DNA from: Lytechinus pictus
Lineage: Eukaryota
Reading direction: 5' to 3'
Assembly: GCF_037042905.1 (NCBI RefSeq)
Contig: NC_087245.1
Coordinates: 10,294,001-10,358,000, forward strand
Length of the DNA: 64,000 bases
Position 1 is the stretch's first letter, and each line of letters begins with the position of its first letter. A program made the position numbers and the translations under genes. The notes beneath the pieces were generated by a model. The model had not been told where the DNA came from. It searched no databases and worked only from the letters and a program-made list of their open reading frames with translations. This document shows, piece by piece, positions 1-12,110 of this stretch.

Positions 1-227
1 CATACGTGGCATCCGACGTAGCACCATACTCAACAGGCCGGGTTGAATCGTCACTTTCATACATGATATTCTTTCCACCTCTTTATCAATTTGCCTTTAA
101 CTAGTCCTATTCGAAGCTATTGTTCTAATGTTCTCAAATTTTCGGTCTTAAATTTGACTTACCAGTCTGCAAAAGTCAAAAATAACTATAAAATTCTCCA
201 ATTCCAGGGAAGACGTGTCTATATCTT

Positions 228-269
228 GATAATGACGAGCGCCCTCCCGATAATGACGAGCGCCCTCCC
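228..269. repeat. Perfect 21-bp tandem duplication
   Basis: GATAATGACGAGCGCCCTCCC at 228-248 and 249-269. Confidence 0.95.
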
Positions 270-357
270 TTGCTGTTAATCTTAATCATTTCTGGGGAAG
301 AGGAATTAGAGTAAGAAAGACATGGTGACGACTTTTATAAACCTTCCAGACAAGATA

Positions 358-504
358 CAGGGGTCGCGGAATGGTTTTCAAAGAGGGGGGGGGGGGGGGG
401 TGACCATGCTAAAAATCACAATCATATAACATTTTTTCGTTTTTGTACACAGTTTTGGAAAAAAAAGCCCCCCAGCCTCCCCCCCCCCCGTTTCCGCGGC
501 CCCT
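358..504. mobile_element. Short non-autonomous TIR element (hAT-like MITE with poly-G/poly-C)
   Basis: Termini CAGGGGTCGCGGAA (358) and TTCCGCGGCCCCT (492-504) are inverted. It has internal G- and C-tracts, and a flanking direct repeat AAGATA at 352-357 and 505-510. Confidence 0.8.
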
Positions 505-2599
505 AAGATATGCAACTAAATGTAATTAATTATTGTCTTGTTGTTTTAAACATTCAAGTGTTCCACTTATTCGCGGTCTCGCTGACAACATTGCATATGC
601 ATGATTTTTTTTAAGCAGCAGAGTACAGGTCTCTTATTAATTCTGACTGAATTTCATCTTCCAAACTTTCTCATGCTGTCGATAAAAATACTACCAGTAC
701 TTGAATGAAGAAGATTCATGTGCTTCATACCCAATTGTGCAATAGCGCCACCTACAATCCAGTGATTTTTCTTGCACGACACTTATTCTTTATAGATAAG
801 ATGAATGTATATACCCATTTACTCAACCTGATGACCATGACCTCGTATATCTTTATAGATCAATAATTGGTTGAGTACTGATGCGGTGAACAGGGTTTGA
901 ACCAAACCCAGTGCCGTAGTATACGGGGTGTTTCTTGATGCTTCTCTGAAACCGACCCCGTTCCTCGTAGCTCTTTAGACCCCTTCTGACTCATCGATAA
1001 GAGATGATTGTGGGATTATTGGCAGATTTAACTCGTCCCATTTCCCGTTCATCTCAAATCTTCTTTCATCATAATTGTACAATTTTCCTCATATGAATTT
1101 CAATTAAAAATCGTCATCTCCATCGCTTCATTCTCTTACGTGACTAGTATTTCACAAGCATGCCATTATCCAAGTAATCATAAGACCCATCCCAACCCCT
1201 CTGTCTCTCTTTGTCTATGCCCGCCTCTCTCCCTGCTCCCCCTCTCTCTCGGCACCCTTTCTGCCCCTATCTCTCTTTCTTCAAGGGTTATCATGTGTTT
1301 TGAACTCTTTTAAAGGAAGTACTAATGATTTTTTTTTCAATTATCTCATCCCCTTGTAATTCAGCAATTTCTTTCACACACACACCTGTTTAACATAATT
1401 TAATTTAAAATTTCGGCGTAGAGGTTAAATAATCAGTGAATTGCATTTTATTTTTTGATTTCATTTCCTTTATGCCCATTTCCAACATCATGAACATTGT
1501 AAATCAGAAATATAGGGATTGAAATTCACAAATACATGCAATGTATTTTACAATTAAATCATCAATAAGAATAATTCAGTTCACAGTAATCATGTTGAAT
1601 ATTATGGGACTCCTGAAAAGCAGAGCCTATATATAGAGAGAACACTCCACCTATAATATTACATTTTACTTCAATAAAGAAAATGCGCTCCATCAGGTTC
1701 TTTCTCCTTCTAAATCGATATCAAATATCAACTTTCAAACTACACTGAAACTGGACTTATACATAAAGGAAAACTGTTATGAGAGCATTATAAACTGTTT
1801 GCATTCGATATTGATCACCACAAAATCGATATATTTTTCATTGATTTTCCACAGTGTATTTCATTACTGTATTACCCTGATTAACAGGTACAAAGCGTCT
1901 TTAAATAACTGAAAGAAACCATTCCCAAATTGCGTGAAAACACTGCTGATGATACTCGACACGCAATTTACAAGTATGTCTGTATAAGTCTATATGGTAA
2001 TTGTTCGTTCATTCAAGTAATTCTCGACAAGTAGACTCGATACTGACCCCAATCAAATAGAATGCCTTTCACGGCTATTGCTCGCCTTTCATTTCATCAT
2101 GCTAATGTGTCGCATCTTCCTGTCTTCATTGCCAGAGGGTTTCCCGCCATATCAGGCGCTGAAATGACGACACCCTTCCAAACGAGAGTTAAAGACAGAA
2201 TTATTTTATCTGATCTTAATATCTGTGCATTTTAAAATATATTGAATAGTTGTCAATATATGTAAATGTAAGCATCTTTTAGGAACTGTTATTCAAATTT
2301 GAGATTACTTCGTGGTTTATGCCAAGGAAGTAACAGACTCTACCATGTCTACATCCAACTGTGTAGCCACCGCAGGTGTGGGTACACACAAATTCATTCG
2401 TCTTTATTATTATTAGCAAATGAAAGAATAAAAACATGACAGGTGCATAATTCTTGGAAACAAATATTTCGCAATGATTTCGCGTTCACTTCTCAACGCA
2501 CATGGACATATCTTCATGATTTTCTCAATGTCGAAAACTATGAGATACAACATATATCCTGTATCCTGATGCAAAAGAAAATATATTCTTCCTTTAAAA

Positions 2600-3060
2600 T
2601 TGATTGAAATTGCACCAAGCAATCACACTATATCGGGTATCGTTCAGTTTAAAATGAAACGTGGTCTTGGTTTCTAATCAAATAGGCGCCTATACTGATT
2701 TAACCCTATATGAGATACAATCCCATCAAATGAATATTGACCAGTCTCTACTCCGAATAGTCTACCAACTACTTGAGTAAGGTTCTGCTGAGTAAACTGA
2801 GAAAGGCATTTCGACAACAACGTTTCTGGATGTACTTTAAGAGATTCGTCGTTATATTTTTGTTCGTTTCTTAATTTATTGGAATGGGATGTCCTTTTTG
2901 TCTCATTCAGTATGTAATTCTGCCAAAGTTCTTTTGTATTTTTATCAAAACTAATAAACTTTCGAAACGCTATTGTATGATCAGTCGGCGACATCATCTA
3001 TATCAATTTCATACGATATGCTATCCTTTTCATAAGAAATATTGCCAAACAATGTAAGAT
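2600..3060 (-). mobile_element. Degraded LINE ORF2 C-terminal remnant (L2/CR1 group)
   Basis: Minus frame reads LWQNYI..NKLRNEQKY..HPETLL..LSQFTQQNLTQVVGRLF, then ETKTTFHF. This resembles the NKLRTY..E.YL..L..FR...H.L..E.GR..EDE.HF pattern at the end of non-LTR ORF2. The match is by eye and degenerate. Confidence 0.4.
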
Positions 3061-3369
3061 GAATTATTGTTCAGGGAATATAATTATGGCGTGATGAGCA
3101 ATCTCAATGTTGGACTCTAAGGTCGAATTGTATCTCTTTTGGTATCTATAGTGGTAGCAATTCTACCTGATGTAAATGAGGGAGATTGAGGCTTTCTGCT
3201 TTCTGACATTTTCTTGTGGAGGAGATGCAATTGCTCTCCAGAGACGGCCTGAGTACAAATATATTTATGAGATAAACAAGACAACTTTGTCTAAAACCGA
3301 AGTCACCAACAAAGATTCAGTTACTTTTGTCATTGTCTTTGTTTCTTCTTTTCCCTCCTCTTTGCGAGG

Positions 3370-3635
3370 AGTACAGGTGAACCGTCTGGTTTATTTTCTG
3401 TGCCATTTACAAAAAATAAATTCCATTTCTATCTGCCTACAAGCAACTCGGACGCGTTAATAGTTTTCAGCATTTGTAACCTCTTTCTGTCGTGGAAGGT
3501 CTCGACATTGCCTCCAGAAAAAAGGTAAAGTTGTTTCCAAAATGCAATTTCATCCTTGCAGCTCGTAGGATTCAGCGATTCTCTTGCCTTTGACAAAGTG
3601 ACGATCTAGTAACGAGGTTTGGGTTTTTTCACAGT
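3370..3635 (-). mobile_element. Degraded LINE ORF1-like remnant
   Basis: Frameshifted minus-strand pieces PKPR.IV / FVKGKR / ILRAARMKL..FTFFLE / ETFHDRKRLQMLK..KWNLFFVNG resemble the RRM-end/CTD motifs of L1-type ORF1p (PRPIIV.F, ILRAAR, IFI.ED, KL.VNG). Confidence 0.4.
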
Positions 3636-4345
3636 GCAGTATATAGCTACCTATAGTATTAAGGAAGAACATGGACATCAAATATTCTTCTTCAATGGTG
3701 GCGCTACTAGCGCATCTTATTACATTAATTGTCACTTGTCCTTACTAGGGAGATCTTTACAGGCAGAACTGATAATATGGGGAGCAAAGATGTATAAAGA
3801 GTATGTTAAATTTTCTTGTTCAATGTGAGCCTACAACAATCTTATCACGCAGACCAAATACATGATGTAACATGAAGTTGTCCCAAACTTTGAACTAAAT
3901 CTTGAAGTGAGTAAAATTGGAGTGTTCATGGAACAAAAAAGTCATACAGGTAACTCTTTAGTATAGGCCTAAACAATTCCCCATTTTGCAATCCGCATCT
4001 TATTTCCCTGATCTGGCCTAGAGCTGAGTTGGTCTAATATAATGGTTTTTGTACCATGTTACTATTTGTTGGTACATCGCTTACATACGACATTTCAAGT
4101 TTTTTTAAATCTGCCCGGGGGCATGGGGAGGGGATAAGAAGAAGATCTACCACGCCATATACCATGACCCAGAAATGTCTAATTAACCGTTCCATTTACA
4201 ACCAAAAACAGGAGATGTCTTTCGAGGGGGAAAAAATACCGCCCGCATATATACCCTTCCCCCATGTATGATAAGAGAAACCCATTATGGACAATAATAA
4301 CGAAGGTAAGTGATATCATCTAATGGCTTCAAGGGACGACATCAC

Positions 4346-4359
4346 GTTGCTATGGCAAC
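4346..4359. promoter_or_regulatory. RFX X-box-like motif
   Basis: GTTGCTATGGCAAC, a near-perfect palindrome fitting the GTNNCY-AT-RGNAAC X-box consensus. Function untested. Confidence 0.45.
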
Positions 4360-6072
4360 TGCTGGCGTAACGAGGGTGATGTTGCTTGCGGGGGCACTAC
4401 ACATTTACAGAAAATAAAGTGCATGAGATTCCCCTTTCTCCTCTTAGATGATAGGTTGGTTTCTTGAGTTATATAGATACTCCTTCCGAATTCAATGCAT
4501 TAACTTTATTTTGATCTATTCCGATCGAAATTTACGTTACCCCGAAACAAAATATAGGCCAATAAACATCTTCCTCTATACGAGTGGGTTTTCAATTTTC
4601 ATTCTTGTACTTCATTTAAGGATTATATACCAATGCATAATATCCAACTTGCAGAAGAACAGTAATTATTATCGGTTTTCTTTTTGCACAGCCTTTTGTT
4701 CTTCTTCTTCTTCTTTTTTTTCAGTTATGCTTGTACGAGTGCGCAATGTTTATCAATATATTCTTTTGTCAAGAAGACGCAGTAGCAATATGAAATTGTC
4801 CGCTGTTGGAAGAGCTGAGTGATGCAGAAAAGAAGGTGTAGTGAATATATTTCAAGGAGATGGGAGGAGGATGGTGATTGTTTTCAGGTCTCAAGTGGGA
4901 AAATGAGAGAACTTGGAAGAGATGTAAGATCAAAAGGTATACCGATTTTCCATCATCAATTTTGATGAACATGGTGATGACGATAAGTTGAAGCGAGAAC
5001 AACCTTTGTATTTCCCCATGGACAAAAGATAATCCACAATCTGGATGGGGGAGGGGTGTAGTTGATGAGCAATTTTTCAAATTTATGCTCTGTTCTTGAA
5101 CATTAATGATAGTTGACTGGAATAAACTGTGGATATTTTTTGTTCAATCTGGAAATGACTGGCGGAGGTTTTTCCAAAAAAAAACATAGATAGATTTATT
5201 TCATATTTTACGAGTTGTTTTGGTACAATTCCTGATAAAAAATAAAAGGAACATTATGAACTGAAAATTTATGTGAAATAAAGAGAAATTCATGTTTAAT
5301 CTTGAGTTACATTTTAGGTGCGCAGACATGGGGAATGTCGTCAGAAAAACAAAATGATAAACAAAAAAGAAAAGTTGCTGTTGCTAACAAATCTCAATTT
5401 AACGAACCTTTTTTGGCATGTGAACGCAGCACCCCCTAAAAATCTTGGGGTGCTTCACAGCACACGGTCCAGCACCCTCGATTCCCAGGGCTATGATCAG
5501 TCTTGCCACAGTCCTCCAGATTTGCTAATATGAAATGTATCATTCTAAATGCAAAGGAGCTTATGTGGTCCATATTCAGACTCATCTCAGAGTGAGATGA
5601 GGGACCGGTCATTTTGGTGTGGGATTTATATTTTTGAAAGTGCATTAGGCCTATAGCTCCTTCTGGACTGAACAGTATTTATATATTCTAGAAATTTTCT
5701 AAATCCACATATTTACTGTTCCCAGACATTTCCAATCATTTCATATGTTTTGCTTTATATATGGCAAGCTTCAGTATTAACCAAGTTTTTAATGCTTTAT
5801 AATTATGTTTAGTGCATGTTTAGTTATCATTATTTTCCAGTCATTTGTATGTGTTTAGCTTTTAACATTAATAAATCATGTATTCATTTTCTTGTGCTCG
5901 ATTGGCCATTATAGAAACATGTATTTACTTTGACATTTTACTTTTTCATGTTCACATTTACTATTACCATGTATGCACCGCTTTGTTCGAATTACCGATA
6001 GATAGTTCATGTTGTATGTTATTGATGTTTTTGAGAACGGTAGATAATTTCTTCGTCTTTTTCTTATTATCA

Positions 6073-6624
6073 TCAGTTTCATCCGCATCCAGACGTCTCC
6101 GCTCCCACACCTCTGCACATCTTCAACTGCTGCCCGGACCAAGAACTAAAACCAACTACGGTGACAGATCCTTCTCAGTTATTGCCCCGAAGCTCTGGAA
6201 CAATCTCCCCATTAATGTACGTGAGGCATCATCGTTACAACTGTTTAAGTCCCTCCTTAAAACCCACCTCTTTTAATAATTAATTTTCGCTTCTTTTGTT
6301 CTGTATGAAATTATCCCCCTTAGTTAATTAGCATTATCATATTGTGTTCGGATTTTTTTAAGTCGGATTGTAAGCTTAGTTATTATAGGATTATTTAAAT
6401 TTACATACATGATTATCGACCCGTTATATTTAAGTTGTGTATTCATCGATTATCTCTTTATTTGTACGTATGATTAATTTTTCGTAATTTTGTTTTCACT
6501 TTCAGTTCCTTTGTTGTTCTTTTTCTGAGATATCTTGTATTTTCCCCCTTCTTTCTTAGCGCTTTGAAACTTTTGTATAAAGCGCTCTATAAATTTTGTA
6601 TATTATTATTATTATTATTATTAT
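6073..6624 (+). mobile_element. 5'-truncated L2-clade LINE 3' end
   Basis: Peptide RRLRS..PRTKTNYGDRSFSVIAPKLWNNLPINVREASSLQLFKSLLKTHLF* (stop 6274-6276) is the typical L2 ORF2 C-terminus. The 3' UTR ends in an AGCGCTTT..AAAGCGCT stem (6558-6586), TATAAAT and an (ATT)n tail. Confidence 0.92.
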
Positions 6625-6844
6625 CATTGTTATTCTTTTTTTCTTCTTCTTTTCTTCTTCTGTTATCTTCTCCGTTGTCTTTTTCTTCTCCTTCTCACTT
6701 TTCCCTTCTTCTTCTTCCTTTTTTCTTCTCCTCCCCTCCTCTTCACCTTTCAATGATTCCTTTGTAATATTTCATTGATGCTTCTGTTTAGGTTAACATA
6801 TTTTTTCATATATATTGTTCGTTAAACACTGGTTGTTAAATTAT

Positions 6845-6940
6845 GTTCCACACGGCCCCAATGGAAATCAGTCTGCGAGCTGTTTGGGCTTTTTAACCGT
6901 GTATAAATAAAATCAATCTTATCTTAATCTTATCTTATCT
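6845..6940 (+). mobile_element. Second non-LTR retroposon 3' tail
   Basis: Short GC-richer segment CACGG..CCGTG followed by AATAAA and an (ATCTT)n microsatellite tail. Confidence 0.4.
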
Positions 6941-7635
6941 CAATAGATGTAAATCTCACTCCAAAACGACTGGTCCCTCGTCTCACTCTTAGAGGAGTAT
7001 GATAAGGGACCAGATTACATACAGTGGTCTCAGCTTTCAAACAGCCTTAACTTTCTTATTCTAGATCGATTTATTCCAAACTTTCATCAACCTCATTTTG
7101 TAAAACCAAGGTTGGATTCCCAGCGTCATATTTGATGCATTAAGATGTAGAAAAAAAGATATGGGAAAAGGGGTCAAGCCGTCATAATTTCATTTGGAAA
7201 CGATTATTCTGACAATGACATAGGCAATTGTAATTTTAATCGTTACAACGATCATTATAGTTTCATATTCATTTTATGAAGATGAGTACCATGACATACC
7301 TCCGAAATTCCAAACGTTGATTAATGCACAATTGTTTTACACTATACTTTACAAATTCAAGATCATAAGTACCAAACAATGACGTATCTAGAACTAATTA
7401 TTGTTTTAAAAGATAAAAAAGACAACAAAATTAGATTGATAAGTCTAATTACTTACTAAAGATAATAACCAATGAATAAATAAACAGAAAACGCAAATTT
7501 GCCTTAGAGAACTAATTTTCGTCATTATCCATTTCACCCAATAATAAACATATACTGTATAGCAATGTAACAACAAGTTTTGACGAATTAGGCTTAATAT
7601 GTAATTTCCCAAAAATATAGAACAAGGAAATATCA

Positions 7636-7935
7636 CTAATATTCCTGATTAAAAAGGGGTACGTAGCTCCGTGCAGCTCCATCATCCAACATCACTTCTT
7701 TTGTTTCCATGACGACCAGAGTCGCTTCCAGGAGAGCGGCAAACTTCAAAGCCGGGTTCAAAATTGGATATTTTAGCTCCTGAATAATGTCGGCAACCGA
7801 GCCCTTTGAGACCGCTACTTCCACGGAAAGCCCTGGCTTCAACACGATTTCCAGTTCGGTCCTCCATGATAGTGTAGTTATAAGGCTCTCGAATTCTCAG
7901 ATCCAACAAGTGAATTCCTCACATATGCTTCGGAT
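7636..7935 (-). pseudogene. Candidate coding exon or pseudo-exon of unknown protein (one in-frame TGA)
   Basis: Acceptor-like TATCCTTTTGTAG precedes 7935. The 100-codon frame IRSICEEFTCWI*EFESLITTLSWRTELEIVLKPGLSVEVAVSKGSVADIIQELKYPILNPALKFAALLEATLVVMETKEVMLDDGAARSYVPLFNQEY* has protein-like composition and raised GC. No homologue recognised. Confidence 0.25.
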
Positions 7936-8169
7936 CTACAAAAGGATAGAATTTGATAATGCTAAGGTTAACATTAAAAGGCAGTTGTATAATTTTGCTT
8001 AAAACCTGAAACGGAAGTCAAGGGTAATGTACAAACCACCAAAACTTTTGTGTAGAAAACACAAACCTATAAGTTTCAACGCATGTGCATGGGTTTATAT
8101 TTCCTATTTTAATTGAAGTGAAACATGAATTTGCGTGCATACCATTATATAAATTAAGCAAATGGTATT

Positions 8170-8310
8170 GGGGTATCGTGGTCTAGTGGTTGAGGCACCG
8201 GCATTTTAAGCGGGAGGCCCGGGTTCGATTCCCGGCAGAGACATTTTCTCGGCTTCACCAATAATTGTTCCACAGGTAGTAGCCCTCGGAAACCTTGATT
8301 AAGCTACGCC
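8170..8310 (+). mobile_element. tRNA-derived SINE head
   Basis: A-box TGGTCTAGTGG (8179-8189), B-box GGTTCGATTCC (8222-8232) and T-arm CCGGG/CCCGG are present. The acceptor and anticodon stems do not close. Confidence 0.75.
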
Positions 8311-8374
8311 TACCATTGTTCTCTTCATTCATTTCTCTCACAAAATATCTAAAGCTGTTGTACATGTATAATTT

Positions 8375-8462
8375 CACACACACACACACACACACACCCG
8401 CCCGCACACACACACCCTCACACACCCCCACACACCCTTACACACACATATATATATATATA
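8375..8462. repeat. (CA)n/(TA)n compound microsatellite
   Basis: Directly visible. Confidence 0.9.
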
Positions 8463-9925
8463 TTGGCAGGACCAATACTAAAAAATAATAAAATAAGAGC
8501 ATATTAGCTGTCCAAGATCGTTACTTTGGCCTAAAAATAAAACCATACATTACATTTTAGTTTGATGCTTCTCCCCTCATACTTGTACAAAATATACAAG
8601 AACATGAAATCTCGGGTAACTAAACTCGGGTAACCAAATATGACCGATATTTGCCCAGCTTTGATGTGAAAGAATCAGCCGCCTTCCTCCCAACCGAGAG
8701 ATCCATTTCCAACACGGTCAGTCTACATGGTGTATAGTCAACCAAGAGGATAATACAGGGGGGGGGGGGGGAGCTATTTCCCCCTTCCCTATGACAGATA
8801 ATTAACATCCAAATTTAGAGTTGTGATTTCCTTTTTAGGTAATCTCTGTTTCTCTCTCTCTCTCAATATTATTTTTGTATTGTACATGTTGTAGTCGTTT
8901 CCCCTGAAGTCCTCCGACAGGACTTGATCTTTCATGTTTTGCCTCATCCCCTGATGTAAAAAATATTCTGGATCCGCCTTCGTCCCAGAAGTTTTGTTTT
9001 CCATAAAATGGTATCAGATTCCAAATAAATGCCCCCCTGTTAGAACACTCAGTAATGCTATCATGTCACATTACAAACACTTAGTCATGGATGTAATTGA
9101 AGAAGCTCTGTTCGAAAAAAAAAATCGCTTAAACCACTATCGCGATACGCTTCGTCGCATAAAATAAAACAATGCACATATTGAAGACAAATTTGCTTAA
9201 AATGAACTGACTTCGGGGAGAGGAATAAAAATTAACTACCGTCTTCAAATAATAATGAAAAATTATATCCAGCTTTAATATTATGATGAGTCATCCAGAC
9301 TTGTGATCTTGACTCACAGTCTAACTTTTAAACTTCTCTTTGTTTTTTTTTAATGATTAAAACTCAAGTGCACTTAATATTGCTTGCACTTTTTATAAAC
9401 CAAAATAGAAAGAATAGGAATAGCGACATGAATTAGTTAGTGGTATACGTTTAATGAAGATCTGCAATTATTTAATTCAATCTCAAGTGCATTCTTACGA
9501 CTTAGGATCTATCTCTGTTTAGAAACAGAAGAAAGCATTTTGTAGTTTGACGTTCCCATATTCTCTTTGCCTGTTGCCTCTCGTATTCTGTCTCCCCCTC
9601 CCCTCTCTCTCTCCTTCTGTCGCTCCCTGTAAAAAAGTCCCACTACTTGAAAAATCAGGGGGGGGGTCCATGCATGTCCCCATGTAGCCTTACCCTTTGT
9701 CATCAAACTTCGTGAATCTCTTATCTTCGACCAAGTATATAGCAGACATTCAAGTAGAACCATCCCAGTGGAATGACTCGCTATGTCATGATGTTGAGAG
9801 ATAAAGTATAAATTTCACTTTTCGCTGCATATGACATTTGCTTTTCTCAGACACTCTTGCTAAACTCGATATCGCTTTCAGTCTGGTATCATTCCCCTGA
9901 GAGAAATACCATGGTGTGAGTCTAT

Positions 9926-10119
9926 CAGATATGAGGCAGATCCAAGAAGGGGGGGGGGGGTCAGGGGGATGCGACCTCTCAATTCATTTCGCAAATTGTC
10001 TTTGAGCCTGTTAATGAGAAATAGTTGCCCCCTTTTTAGTGATTTCATTGTTCGTGCAGTCTTGTGAGAAAATATAATTGATGTGCCCAGTGTTTTGTGA
10101 AATCCTGGATCCGCACCTG
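9926..10119. mobile_element. hAT-like poly-G MITE (GGCGGATCC family), degenerate
   Basis: Left GGCAGATCCAAG followed by a G-tract, right CTGGATCCGCACCTG. Possible TSD GAGTCTAT/AAGTCTTT (6/8). Confidence 0.55.
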
Positions 10120-10688
10120 AAGTCTTTTGTATGGAATAAATTAAGACCACCAATGTCATAAATGTATCAGAGAGATTTTGTGCACCACCCCTCTGTTAAA
10201 GTTGTAAATGTTGCACTTTACGATACAATTTTCATTTCATCTGACAATGAATACAAACATTGAAAGTGAATTACCTTTAGTATTATACATACAAAAAATA
10301 ATGTAGGTTTTAAGGTCTGTGTTATGATTGTAACACGGTTAGGTGATATCAGGTGAAGATATTAACATGTCGGACCACGAACACGCAAAAATTATGATAC
10401 CATAAAAAAAAAATAGTTAAAAAATATTCAAGGTAAGTTTGTAACTCTTAATTCTGAATATATATCACCTACAACTTAATATTATCCATAGCCATTTGGA
10501 GAAATATTAATTCAATCTGTATTTTGAATAAATAAATCAAACTTCTATTTACATTGTGTTCCTTAAATTTCTTGTTAATACATTTGACTTTGTCATGCTA
10601 TGTTTATCATAATTATGTACAAATGTGAAACAAATCAATAAATCAAATTAAATCAAATCAATTGTTTTTGGTAAATGAAACGAAATTA

Positions 10689-10810
10689 GAAGAGAGAGAG
10701 AGGGAGAGACAAAAGGAGATAGGGAGGGAGAGGGGGAGGGAGAGGGAGAGAGTGAGAGAGAGGGAGGGGGAAGGGGAGAGGGAGAGAAGGGGAAGATGGG
10801 GGAGAGAGTG
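10689..10810. repeat. (GA)/(GGGA) polypurine tract
   Basis: Directly visible; it explains ORF 10658-10969. Confidence 0.9.
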
Positions 10811-11919
10811 AGATTCAGAACTAGAAGAAGAGGGACGAGGGGCGCATGACAGAGTGACTATAAAGGGAAAAGATCGAATATACGTTAATGGAGAGGAACA
10901 ACTCTTTAGAGATGGGGGCAAAAGGTCCAGATGAAGTGGTGTAAAAAGAGACGCTCTACCATTCATCATCTACCCCTAACCTTCTCCCAGATGGGCGGGG
11001 ATTAACCTCGTTTCCACGTTCAAGAATGGAACCATTAAAGTGAAAATTAGATTCTTGGGAAACGTGGTAAATTTCCAGATCTTCCCATACTCTACACAAC
11101 CACGTCCATGTATATTCATTGTGGTAAATATTATGAGAGTCTGGTTAAAATGTCAAATGAAAGTTTTCTATTTAATGATCTCGAATTTCAAGTCTGAAAA
11201 GATATACTTATAACTGACTCATGTCGGAGGTTTTCAAGAATTTCCGTTTCGTTAATATCGCTTATCGTGTTTATTCGGGATCTTTTGAATAGTTTTAATG
11301 CAATTTAGCAAAATTTCAGATTTAAATCAAACCTCTCAAAATAAAGTCGCGTTGTGTTCAGTTTAAAATGTTATGCCGCCATTTACATTAATATAAAACT
11401 ACAATGAATCTTTCGTACTGTCACAGCACAAATGACGAAGATCTCAACAATCGGGGAAAACATTCTCCAAGCTTTGCTTTGCTTTGCTTTTGTTCATTCT
11501 GTTGAAATGGAAATGGAATGAAAATGTTCAAGATCGAATCTTCAATCTTGAACTATATCTTTAAATGAGCAAATCGAAAGAGACGAATGGAGGAAGAGGA
11601 ATGAAATATGGGAAGAGAGAAGAAAAAATTGAGAACAAAGACTAAACCCATCAATCTCAATGTTTTGAGACGGAGGTCCGTGGAGGAAGCTAAAATAAAC
11701 CAAGGGCTTATGATTGCTATGAAAGCTGAGAGCTTCGTCGTCTGCGGCGAGTAAAGGATCCCGAGTTCTTTTAAACGTCTCACGATTTAAAAGAAAGATC
11801 TTCAAATGAAAATTACTGATGCAACTAAATTCATGGTCAAAATAGCAACTGATAATATACGAGCAGACCTGAATATCTAAAGATATCATCATGCATAATG
11901 TGTATTGTTTGATGATTAA

Positions 11920-12110
11920 GTTATCATTACCATCATCATCATCATTAGCATTATTATTGTTGTAGTAGTTATTATCATCATTATGGTCATGATCATGATT
12001 GTTATTATTCTTACGATTGTTCTTTTAATATTATTTCTATCATCATCATCGTCGTCATCATCGTCATCATCATCATCATCATCATCATCGTCATAATCAT
12101 CATCATCACT
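11920..12110. repeat. Degenerate (CAT)n/(TAT)n microsatellite
   Basis: Directly visible. Confidence 0.85.

Larger units (their letters stand above)
5561..7017. mobile_element. Old inverted-repeat element split by internal insertions
   Basis: Arm 5561-5637 (..GAGTGAGATGAGGGACCGGTCATTTTGGTGTGGGATTTATA) is the imperfect reverse complement of arm 6940-7017 (TGTAAATCTCACTCCAAAACGACTGGTCCCTCGTCTCACTC..), with 6 mismatches in the 41-bp core. Confidence 0.7.

Noticed and set aside
6556..6778. Lys/Glu-rich or Phe/Ser-rich ORFs
   Set aside because: These are products of (ATT)n and TTC-rich low-complexity sequence.
7897..7899. Selenocysteine codon
   Set aside because: No recognisable selenoprotein motif or SECIS seen, and the frame is not shown to be coding.
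8170..8245. Functional tRNA gene
   Set aside because: A and B boxes are present but the acceptor and anticodon stems do not pair. It is better explained as a SINE head.
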